From Dipteris shenzhenensis (Eukaryota): a DNA stretch of 64,000 bases. Position 1 is the stretch's first letter; every line of letters starts with the position of its first letter. Below the pieces are notes generated by a model. The model ran no database searches. It was not told where the DNA came from and saw only the letters and a program-made list of their open reading frames with translations. The stretch lies in the NCBI GenBank assembly GCA_047967505.1, contig CM106538.1; one strand, given 5' to 3'. Of the stretch, positions 11,426 through 22,484 are shown one piece after another. A program made the position numbers and the translations under genes.

Positions 11426-13810
11426 CTACGGTTCATCCTCGACGTCGCCACCGTCATCGTCCGCCGCCGTCGCTGCTGCCGCTGGAACTGCTGCAGCCGC
11501 CGGCGCCGGTACTTGTACTGCCGGAGCCGCTTGCGCCGGTCGAAGTAAAGGTAGCTGCTGCGGGTTGAGAGCATGGGCATCCACAAAAATTTGGAGCTGT
11601 CCATAGAAAGGTGGTGCCGCCGCCCCCGCCTGCTAAGCTACTGCCGCCATCCGATGAATATAGCGGCATGCTGTCCGCAGGTCGACCAACAGAGCTGCTC
11701 TCTCAACATGACTCGTTCTCCGCAGCTGTTGTAGCTCCTCTTCATGCAGTCGGGTCTTCTCAGATAGAGCGAGTTCGAGATCGGTTACCCGCATAGTGCG
11801 ATCTGCTTTCTTCGCCACACCATCCAGTCGTTTCATTACCCGCCCCAATTCCTTGGTTTGGGCACCTGTTGATTGTTCTGCCGTAGTAGCTCTGAGCTTC
11901 AGCAAATCGGCCATGAGGCTCTTCACCTCAACTTCATGTTGATGGTGCTCTTCTTTCCGGGCGAGCTTGAGTGCCAACAGCTGAGATCTGGCATCCTCAC
12001 ACTGCTGTTGCACCACCGCGACGTGTTCTTTCAGCTGCAAAAAGTGCCTTGCGTCAAAGGATTCCCCGTCCGCTGGCTCCGGAAAAGCTGCCACAAAAGC
12101 GGCTGCTGCGTCCGCTTGGGGTCGTGGCTTCATTGCGGGAACCTGTGCGATCTCGGGTCTTTTTCCTCTGGCCTTCGCTCGTCGGAGGGCTTCTTCCAGT
12201 TCGGCGATCCGTTTGACATAGCCTTCGGAAGAATCCACCGGTCCCGCCGCTGTCTGCTTCCCGAGAGTATTTGCCGATGTAGAACTTCCACCCTCCAATT
12301 GTGCTGCAGTTTCCGTCACCGGTACTGGTGGTAAAAATGCTGTTCCTGCGCCCCCTCCCGCCGGATCATCCTCATCCCTCCGGGCCAACCGTCGATCGAG
12401 AGGCCTGCAAGCCCGCTCCAGCTCTACGCGCAATTGACGTTGATGATCAAGAAAAATACCCTGCATCTCTGCGACGAAGGCTTCCGATAAATCCAACAAA
12501 AGTGCCTCGTCCAGCATGCGTGTAGAGCTAGAGGGTTGCCGGTACGCCATCACTTCCGCTTCCAACAACTGCACCCTGGCGGTCGCAGTTGTAGCCTTCT
12601 CCGTCAATTGTTCCGTCAGCCGCAGGTGTTCTTGAGTTTGGGCGACAATCGCCGTCCTTGCTTCCTCCATATCCTGCTGTCGCCGTGCATCCATCTGTTG
12701 GAATCGTAACAACTGCTCCTGCAGCTGTTGATTGCATTCGAGCAGCCTGGCATTTTCCTGGCGCAACCTCGCCTCATTCTCCTCCAGCTGCCCCTTCTGA
12801 AAACATTGGAGCAAGCGCTCCGCCAACCGTCGTGCCGTGACCAGATCATAGGTCTCCACCGGCGGAGATAGCTGCAGCTCACCACTCCCCCTTGGGACTA
12901 CACGGGTTTCCTCCTGACATGCCTGTCTCCTCGAACTGTCCTCCCGAGTGTGGACTGAGCTTTCCCCTGGCAAGGCCTCCGCTTCCGGGTGGGTTTTCTT
13001 CAACATTGCTCCGTCCGGCACAAGAGCCAACTTTCTTTTCAATAAACTGGCCATGCGGCTCGATGTTGCTGAGACCGCTGGCCTACTCCTCTGGCTGCCC
13101 TGTGGAACTTCTGCCGGAACCACCACCGCAGGTACTACCGCCGTAACCTCCACCGCAGGTACTACCGGAGTCACCTGGTTCCTTGGCATCAGAGCTCCCT
13201 CCGTTGTTGATCTTGCTGGTTCCACCTCCTTGGACTCCTTGTCCGAAGCATCGTCTGTGGACTCCTCCACCTCCACATACGACCCTGGGACTACCGGTTC
13301 CGCATCTGGTCCGAACAAAAGAAATAAGACTTGCCCCATCTGGGATGTTGCCGTTGGCTTCAAGAGCTTCTTGGCCACCTCCAGAATTCTGTCCGCGATC
13401 AGCTTCGCCCAGGGAACCGGTTTCCCTTGCTCCGCCCTCTGGAAATAGGTAAACTGGGTCTGTCCCAGTAGCTCTGCTTTCACCTTCTGCCAGAGTGCCT
13501 CCGCAATAAACTTGTAGCAGGTCTTCTTCGAAGCATCCAGCTTCTTCATGTTGTACTCCCCCTTGCAACCTGCGCCGAGAGCTGCCTCCATGGCACTGCT
13601 GGTAAGCTTCGTGACTTTGCATGGACCATCCACCGGCAAGTGCAACCGGGCCGCTACCAGCTCCTTGCACAAGGTGAAAGTCTTTCCATACACCACGACC
13701 TTGCGCCCGCGTGCAAGCTGCGCCAAGATATCTTGCGCCAATGGATGAACTGGTGTCGTAGCCCATGGCAAACCCGCGAACTCCACCAGACGAGTTCGTG
13801 TCAGCCAAGA
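11426..13810 (-). CDS. Extra ORF (Athila/Tat eORF-like N-terminus plus long coiled coil), in frame with pol; internal TAG at 11633
   Basis: The 717-aa ORF 11633-13786 extends in frame up to the TAG at 13811 and down to the TAG at 11426 (QAGAAAPPFYGQL..DVEDEP*). N-terminus VVVYGKTFTLCKELVAARLHLP; heptad-rich C-terminal half. Confidence 0.75.
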
Positions 13811-16800
13811 CTACACAGCCTCATCCCCAACAGGTAACGGATTGATCAGATGGAAGACCACCATAGCGGCGAGAAGCTGGGATGCGAGGGAGAAGAGTTC
13901 TGGAAAACAAAGAGTTGGAAATAAGCCCCCTTTTGCTTCCAAATTGCCTTTTGGATGCCCTGGTGAACTCCTTGTTTGCATGCAACGATCAAGTGTCCCA
14001 TCATCTTGATAAAAGCCGCACTTCGAAGATTCAGTAGATTGCATGGCGGCGTCCTCGCTCCGCAACACGAAGCTTTGCTCCCACCGTTTCTCGGAATAAA
14101 GTGAGTGATACCACACGTGCGTACTAATAGCCCCCATCATCGGTTTCTCCACCGAAATGGCTACAAATGCATTTGAAATGATCTTCACAGGTGGTATCTC
14201 CGGAAATGGGTAAGGTGGCATGGGCCCTGTATATGGTCGGAGACGAAATCCATTTACCGGCTTCTGCAACAGCTCCCCCTGTAGTGTTCCTAATCGGAAC
14301 GTGCCGTCACCATAACGCTCCACCACCCAATACGGACCTCCCCACCGTAACTTCAGCTTACCCGGATGCGGACCCATCCGAGTGTTAAACAATATCACGG
14401 CATCTCTCCGTTTGAAGGTCTTCTTCTTTGAATGACAGTCCACCCAGACCTTCCGTCTGTCCTGGACTACCTGTGCAAGATACGCACTGTTGAACCGCTC
14501 CTCACCCAGCCGATCCAGCTGTTCAATCCTCCGGTCTACGGACTCGTCCTAACCCAATTTCTCTGCCGCTGCAATCCGCAGACTCGGTACTAGGAATTCC
14601 ATGGGGACCACTGCTTCAACTCCGTAAACCAACTTGAATGGCGTGAACCCCGTCGCAACCTTATAGGAAGTCCGGAACGCCCATAATGCGGAGTAAAGTT
14701 TTTCATCCCAATCTGTCCGATTTTCATTGACCAGCTTTTTCAGAATGACTAGCAACACCTTATTCGAGGACTCCGCCTGTCCGTTTGCCTGAGGGTAATA
14801 CACTGTGGACTTCTTATGAATGATTAGGTGCCGGGTAACCAGTTCCCGTAACACCGCATTAAGGAAATGCCCACCTTGATCCGTGACGAGCTCAACCGGA
14901 CATCCGTACCGTGTCATAATGGCTTCATAAAGGAATCTGGCCACAGCCTTTGCCGAATTATCCTTCAGTGCTCTGGCCTCCACCCATTTGGTACAGTAAT
15001 CCGTCGCCACCAGGATATACCGGTTACCTGTCCTCCGCGCCGGCGGCGAAAACGGACCTACAAAGTCCAGCCCCCACTTCATGAACGGTTCGAGGGCCAG
15101 TATGGGATTATGCGGCATCCGGTCCCGACCTGATGGCTGGCCCAACCTCTGGCACACATCGCATCTTTTGACGAACCTATGCGCATCCCCCATTAATGTT
15201 GGCCACCACAGACCTCCTTAGAGTACCTTCCGTCCGGTTACTTCTCCTGCGAAGTGTCCACCGCTGATTCCTTGGTGAGCCTCTTCCAGGATGACCTCCT
15301 GCTCATGTGGGTACACACACCGTCGCAACACACCATCTAGCCCCTGCTTATACAATTGGTCAGCAATGATCCGGAAGTCTCTGCTCTTGAGCGCGAGCCG
15401 TTTCCGCTGGTCTCGCGACATTCCGTCGCGCATCTGGCCCGTGTCGACAAAGTGAAACATGTCGTCGTACCACGTCTTTGGAGCTGCCGGTACCACCGCC
15501 TCCAGTTCGAACAGCTGGGCATCCGGAAAATCGTCTTCCACACCCATCGGGTCTTCGCCAGATTCCAACCGCGAAAGGTAATCCGCTACGGCATGTGTAC
15601 TTCCTGGTCGATGGACCACCGTGAAGTCGAACTCCTGTAAAAGCAGCATCCACCGGGCCAACTTTCCAGTGAGCTCGGGCTTGTGTACCAAATACAACAA
15701 GGCGGAATGATCCACATGAAACGTGAACCGATTCCCCAACAGGTAGTGACGAAACTTTGTTACGGAATAAATCATCCCCAATGCTTCCCGCTCCGTCGTA
15801 GAGTAATTCCGTTCGGCTTTTGACAACCTGCGACTTGCATAATACACCGGTCGGAACCACTTGCTTGTCGCTTCCTGCATGAGGACACTACCAATAGCCA
15901 CGTCCGAGGCATCCACGAAGACATGAAACATCTTCGTCCAATCTGGCGGCTGAACCACCGGTGCTGTCGCCAACATCAGTTTGAGCCGTCGAAAAGCTAA
16001 GTCACAAGCAGGAGACCAGACTACCGGTACTTTGTTGAGTTGGTCATACAGTGGTGTTGCCACATCCGCCAGATACCGCAGCATTCGGCTGTGCCATTTA
16101 ACCTGCCCTAGGAATCTCCCGAGCTGCTTACCGTTGCCAGGAACCTTTGCCTGCCGAATCGCTTCGACCTTCGCCGGATCTACCGCAATGCCTTCCGCCG
16201 AGACAATGCAACCCAGCAGCATACCGCTGCCCACGGCGAATGCACATTTCATAGGGTTCAGACACAACCGTGCCTCCCTACACCAGGTTAAGCATTTCTT
16301 CAGATGCTCAAGGTGCTGCTCGCGACTCCCGAAAACACTGAAATCGTCCAGAAATACCTGCATAAAGATTAGTAAATAATCATGAAATATTTCTTGGACC
16401 ATGCGTTGAAATGTTGCCGGAGCATTCTTTAGCCCAAATGCCATCACCAGGAAAACAAATGCTCCCCACTCCGTGATGAAGGCTGTTTTCTCTCGATCTT
16501 CTGGTGCCATCTGCACCTGGTTATACCCACTGAAGCCATCCAGAAAAGAATACATCTCGTGACCTGCCACTGTATCCAGCATAGTATCATTAAACGGCAA
16601 TGGAAACGGATCCGTGATTGTCGCCGCGTTAAGCTTTCTGTAGTCAACACAGACCCGCAACTTCAAATTCTTTTTCGAAACAATCACTATTGGCGAAAGC
16701 CACGTTGCACGGTCAACCGGATAGATAAACCCGACCTTTAGCAGCCTGTCCAGCTCCTCCTTCACCCTCTGGGCATAGTTTGGGTTCATTCTATACCGTT

Positions 16801-19800
16801 GTTGCCGAACCGGTATCGCATCCTTCTGCAGATTGATCCTGTGCTGATAGAATTTGGGATCGATGCCGAGCAAATCTTTGTAGTCCCAGGCGAACACGTC
16901 TTTGAAGGATTTCAGCAATGTCTCCAATTTTCCCCGAAATCCTTTATCGAGCTTCGCACTGACACGGACGTTCTTTGGCTCCTCCTCCGTCCCGAGGTTA
17001 AGATCCAGCAGCTCGTCTTCTTTGACCCTCCGCGAGCGACGGAGTTCCTGCTCGAAAACTCTTTCCGCCTCCGCCACTCCCGCTTCGTCCGGCATGTCTC
17101 CTGTGCCTTCCGGTAGACTCCCTTCGACTGGTTCTTTCGTGGAACTGGATGACTCCTGCGTAGCCGAGGGAATCTGATGCTGATATTGCTTTAAAACGGC
17201 AACCACATCGACCTCGAACAAGCTTACCAGCTCCGTATTCCTACTGAAGTAGTCATCCTCCTCTTCGACCCCCATTCCGTCCATCATATGGATACCTTCC
17301 GCCATCGTCGGTCGGAATGGTGTCCTCAGCCCTTGTTTGGTATGTACCGAGAGCTTCAGCTTCTTTTTTCCTTTCCGAATGGTGATGCGGTCTGATTGCC
17401 AGTCTTGTTTCACACGGGCCTGCCGCAACCACGGTCTTCCGAGCAATAACGGGTATGACCCGCTAATATCCTCCATCTGGAGAATCACCGCAGCGATTTC
17501 GAACTTCACGCCGCAAACCTCCATTTTCAATCCACGGAGCAATCCTAACGGCTGCACTCTCCGTTGGTCTGCCATCCGAACGGCGAAGGGTGCTGATTCC
17601 CATTTTGTGATACCCAATGGCACCAGCATTTGTTCGGACAGGATGTTGACCCCAGACCCTCCGTCCAGCAACACCCCTCCCACACGGCTGTTCTCCAGTG
17701 TTACGGAAATTACCGGGACCGCTTCGTCAAAAACAGGAGGCTGTACTTCCGCTTCAGGCTTTGCAGATCCGTCTGACGACACTTCCATTGTTACCGCTTC
17801 CATCTCCGACTCCATCGCCCTGACTGGTTCCGTCAATTGTTTGATGAGAGAACTCCGGAAATTGGGTACCAATGCTAACAATTGCTCCATTGTCATGTGT
17901 ATTTGCTGTTTCCGCAAATCCTGCCATAAATCATATGGTTCAACACCCTCCTCGCCGGTCATCAGGCTGTCCTTCTGACTGGTAGGTAGACAAGTCGCTT
18001 CTGGCTGCTCTCCTTGCAGGCGCCTTGCCACCTTCGCACCATTCTCCGTCACCGAGACTGCCTTTTCCGTGCTCGGCCTAGGTAACACCGTTGGGGTTTG
18101 CTGGACCCATTCACCGACCGTCGACCGCACCTTTTGTTGTGCCTGCCAGTCCAACGCCGTAGGTCTCCCCTTCTCTTGCTGGGCTTTGTATTCCCGCACC
18201 TTTTCCTGGGATCGTGTGACCACGAGCACATCTCCGCTCGCACTTCCTCCCACTTTGCCTTCAACAGGGACACCCGCCGGTACTTCCGGTACTTCTTCGG
18301 ACTTCGGACTAGGCTCCTTGCTATCCTGTTGCTGACTGGCATCATCGCATTCGATAATCAGAACCGCATTCACTGCTGGTGCGGACTTGCCATCTCCAGA
18401 TCCCCGGGTTGCTTCCCTTTCCGCCTTGTGGCGCTTGAATAATTCGCAATCTACCTTTCGATGTCCGGGTTGATTGCAATAAAAACATAGGAACGTCCGT
18501 TCCCCTGCTGGTTCATCTGCACCTGTTCCAGCCGTTCTCGGCCGCCAAGGTCTTTTCGCCGGTGCGGCTGGTACCGCGGCTGGTGCTGCGGCTGGTGCCG
18601 CAACTACCGCCGCCACCGCTGGTGTCGGGGCTATTCGTGCGTTATAGCGGCAGATCTCCGTGGTATGCGTCGCTGTTTGGCAAATCGCACACCACCGCTC
18701 ATTCAAACCGCATTCCTCTGCTAAGTGTCCTGCATTCCGGCACCGATTACACCAAGTATCCTTGCGAACTTTTGAAGAGGACCCTATTCCACTATCCCAG
18801 CTTTTGGCTCCGGCAGCAGATCCTTCCGGAAATGACTTCCCTGCCGCTTTTCCAGCCTTCCGCCTCATGGAACGTTTGTCCTCCTCCTCATCCGACTGAT
18901 CCGACTCCTCCTCATTATCGGTATCGGAGTCTCCCTCAGCCTCCTCATACTTCACTTTTCCTTTCCTTCCCTTGGAAGTAAACAGAACTTGTTCCGCCCT
19001 CACCGCTGCTTGGACGACTTCTTCCAATGAAAGAGCTTCCAGATCCAACGATGCCAGGGACCTTTTCAATCCTTTATTCAGCCCCTCCATGAAGTAAGCA
19101 TTTTGGATGGGGACTGCCGGGGTAGTTGTTGCATCGAGGCGGCGGATCAACGACCGAAACCTGGCCGCATACGCCTCCACTTCTTGGTTCTTCTGTTCCA
19201 GTTTCCCCAGTTTGGCCAGGACATGAACACGGGTCTTGTCCTCCCGAAACCGGAGCAAAAAGGCATCCCGCAGTAGATCAAACGTGGCGAAATGGGTAGC
19301 TCCATATTGCGCGATCCATACTGCCGCCTGCTTCTGCAGTGTCGGGATGAAAGTCGCCATCTTCATAAGATCTGTCGCCTGCACTGGTGGAGCCGTATTC
19401 ACCATCCATGCCATCTCAAATGACAGTATATGTGCATCCGCATCCTCCTTATCCCGTCCCGAAAACTTGGGGTACTTCACCGTCATCCTGGGTACCAGTG
19501 GTGGAATAGCCGCGCTACTTACCGCCGGAACTCCACCCCCGCCTCCGCCTCCACCGCCTCCACCTCCCCTACCGGGATCTGGTGACGGACTTGGGGCTCC
19601 GCTTCCTGCAGGCACACCACCCCCCCGTCTCCTGGGACTCGGTGGTGGGGAATTCCGCAACGGTGACGCTTCGTCTTCCGGAGGAGTACTTGTTAAATCG
19701 AACGGGCTACTGCGTCCGGAGGATTCGCCTTCCTCCTGAACACCGGAAACGACTGGACCTTCCTCTCCTGGGATCAGCGGAGGTGTGTCAGAGCGGCTAC

Positions 19801-19963
19801 TACTCTCACTATCCGTGAAGAAGCCGAAGAGAAGATCACGTTGAGCCACATATTTGTCATGCCGTTCCTCGCGGGTTGTACGTGCCGATACTGGAGTTGC
19901 AGGCTACCGAGGCCGTTCCGGAGAGCGCGATGTTCCCCCTGGCGCACTCCCAGCGTCATTCAT
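13811..19963 (-). CDS. Gag-Pol polyprotein with in-frame stops at 19904, 15218 and 14549
   Basis: Three CCHC knuckles, protease LLDGGSGVN, RT FLDD, RNase H FVDASD, integrase HHCC plus WGLDF/TDQG/GQAE, and GPY/F motif WGGPY. ORF-track pieces 15218-19849, 14549-15193 and 13811-14443 share one frame; in-frame ATG at 19963. Confidence 0.92.
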
Positions 19964-20050
19964 GCGCTAGTCCATGCACCGAGGAATCAGAGTATTACAG
20001 ATGGGGAGCATCCAACCTCTCCGGGGTATCCACCGCGACAAACATGGAAA

Positions 20051-20066
20051 TCTTCCGTGGTCGCCA
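20051..20066 (-). other. Primer binding site (probably tRNA-Arg)
   Basis: TGGCGACCACGGAAGA lies 3 nt inside the 5' LTR; its complement ..CGTGGTCGCCA resembles tRNA-Arg 3' ends. Confidence 0.8.
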
Positions 20067-20069
20067 AAG

Positions 20070-20543
20070 TGTTAGCCCTCTCTACTCTGAAGACTAACTC
20101 GAAACGCACTACTGCGACAGATTTACATGCGTAATCGTACTTCAGAATTGCGTATGAAAATTCATAGAGTAGAACAGTGATCGACAGAATCATTCATGAT
20201 AAAACAATAAGGTAGATGCAATAGAATCTCTGTATTACATTTCTCCGAGCAGTACAAGACCGTACTCTCTGATACATAGCACTGATCCTTGCTCCGATCC
20301 TCATCAATGAGCCCCCTGAATGATCGCTCTCTTCTCTCTTATCTAACCGGCACACATAACTCCTTCACGGTTGCCGTGATGGTTGCCGTGCCTATTCAGT
20401 TCTCCGCCTAGTCCTAGAACTTCCGTCTTTTCATATCTTACTATAAACTAGATACAACGTATTAATGATAATGATCTAAGGACTAATGATCTAAGGACTC
20501 CCCCCCTAGTTCCTCTTTGCTGTTGCTGCTTTTGCCCTTAACA
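20070..20543 (-). repeat. 5' LTR (474 bp)
   Basis: Near-identical to 10895-11368 and adjacent to the PBS. Confidence 0.97.
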
Positions 20544-20692
20544 CAAAGCAAGGGAGGGAGGGAGAAAGAGCCAGAGGGAAGGAGCAAGGGAGCAAGGCAC
20601 GGGAGGGAGGCAACACGCAGGAGGGAGGCTATGCGAGCGAGGGACAGAGGGAGCAGCGAGGTGACGGAGGCAAAGCGAGGGAGGGAGGGAGA

Positions 20693-21026
20693 TAATTAAA
20701 CTCGTGAAAATGAAAGGCTCCTAGACCCCTTTCATCGATGAAAGGGGTCAATTGGCCTTTCATTTTCGTGAGTTTAATTAAGAAAATGAAAGGCTAATAG
20801 ACCCCTTTCATTGATGAAAGGGGTCTATTGGCTTTTATATTTCTTAAGGGCTTTGGCTTTTATATTTCTTAAGGGCTTAAAAGGCCGTTTCGTCGATGAA
20901 AGGGGTCTATTGGCCTTTTAAGCCCTTAAGAAATATAAAACCCAAAGCCCTTAAGAAATATCGATGAAAGGGGTCTATTGGCCTTTTATATTTCTTAAGG
21001 GCTGTGGCTTTTATATTTCTTAAGGA
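20693..21026. repeat. Nested palindrome / foldback array with core cccctttcatcgatgaaagggg
   Basis: An ~88-bp imperfect palindrome at 20693-20780 centred on ATCGAT; further full or half cores at ~20801, ~20890 and ~20960; inverted tatttcttaagggct arms. Confidence 0.9.
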
Positions 21027-21030
21027 TTGC

Positions 21031-22484
21031 CAGAGACACCCCAAGAAGAGCAAGGTCTACAAGGGAAAACAGACCACTAGCTAGATTGACATATGCTCAA
21101 AAAGCAAAAGCAATTTAGGTTGAAACTACCAATTATTCTCTTATGACTACCATCATGGCTATAGGAGAGTCAGTGTACTTCGAAGTCGCAGTTGATATGC
21201 CAAAATGGCAAACTTCTATGAATGAAGAAAAGTATTTTGCTAATCTATGATACATGAAGTCTGATGCAGATCATACTCCCTACTATAAAGTTCAAGGGGA
21301 AGATATTACTATTGCACTTTTGTACTTAGATGATCTGATTGTGACTAGAAGCAGTGATAGGTTGATGAAGAAGTTGAAACAAGACTTATCTGTAGAGTTC
21401 AACATGAAAGATCTTGGACTTATGCACTATTGTCTTGGTATTGAGTTCTGTAGAGCTTCAAAAAGCCTCTTCATGAGTCAGCTACAATATGTTGACAATC
21501 TTTTAAAGAAGTTTCATATGGCAAATTGCAAGATTGCAATAGCCACTCCCATGGAAAAGAGTTTGAAAATTACAAAAGACTAAAAAAATCCCACAGCCAA
21601 TGATAGATACTATCGGCACCTCATCAGATCTCTTATATACCTAACTATCACATGGCTAGATATTTTTTAATGCAATAAGCTCATTAGCACAGTTTATGGC
21701 AAATCCAAAACAGTCTCACTAGAATGCAGCCAAAAGAGTCTTGAGATACATCAGAGGTACAACACAATTTGGAATAGAATACAGAGGAACTCATCCAAGG
21801 TTACATGGATACCGTGACGATGACTATGCCCGAGATCATGAGACCAAAAGATCCACACAGGGATACGAATTTTTCCTTGGCAAAGGAGCTATATCATGGT
21901 TATCAAATAAACAACCAATTGTTTCTTTGTCTTTAATAGAAGCAAAATATAGGGCACTCACAACAGGTGCATGTGAAGCTATATGGGTTAGAAGACTATT
22001 GTCAGAAATAGATTACTTTGATGAATCAAAGCCAACATCAATATATTGTGATAATCAATCAGCTCAAGCATTGGCCAAGAATCCAATATATCACTCTAGG
22101 ACAAATCACATTGATGTCAGAGAGTAATTCATTAGAGAAAGAATGAACTTACTTGGTGACATCACATTGCAGCATTGTGATAGCAAAGAGAATGTTGCAG
22201 ACATCTTTACCAAACCACTTGGAAAAGAGCTTTTTGAGAAGCACCAATAAGCTCTTGGTTTGATGCAGAGGAAGGAGATTCCTATTAAAGGGGTGTGATG
22301 GAATGTAATGCTCAACACTTCTTGGATTCCCTAGAATCATCATCTTGAGTGAAGGCCTACCTAATGATGTTGATCTTGAGGGAAGGTGTTGAGAAACCAT
22401 CTCTACATCATGTGTTCAATATTGTTCCTAGCACTAACACATAAAGTGCTATAAAGGAAAGGGTTAGATGCCCTAACCCTAACG
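21031..22484 (+). mobile_element. Degenerate Ty1/copia 3' portion (RT, RNase H, PPT, short LTR)
   Basis: ALLYLDDLIV, MKDLGLMHYCLGIE, GAISWLSNKQPIVSLS..EAKY, IYCDNQSA, ADIFTKPL; PPT cttgagggaagg followed by tgttgag at 22387. Confidence 0.88.
22387..22484 (+). repeat. Short (~98 bp) copia LTR
   Basis: Follows the PPT; homologous to the reverse complement of 40111-40214. Confidence 0.6.

Larger units (their letters stand above)
10895..20543 (-). mobile_element. Full-length young non-chromovirus Ty3/gypsy LTR retrotransposon with a 3' extra ORF
   Basis: Two 474-bp TG..CA LTRs with 3 mismatches; TSD CAAAG at 10890-10894 and 20544-20548; domain order gag-PR-RT-RH-INT; no chromodomain or additional RNase H seen. 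Confidence 0.98.

Noticed and set aside
13811-15220. U-to-C RNA editing as the explanation of the in-frame stops
   Set aside because: Such editing is established for organelle transcripts of ferns and hornworts, not nuclear retroelements; methyl-C deamination is sufficient.
11873-19818. Numerous + strand and alternative-frame ORFs inside the LTR element
   Set aside because: Shadows of a GC-rich coding strand with no motifs; no evidence for a real antisense gene.
20693-21026. CRISPR-like array
   Set aside because: No unique spacers of regular length and no cas genes; these are nested inverted repeats in eukaryotic DNA.
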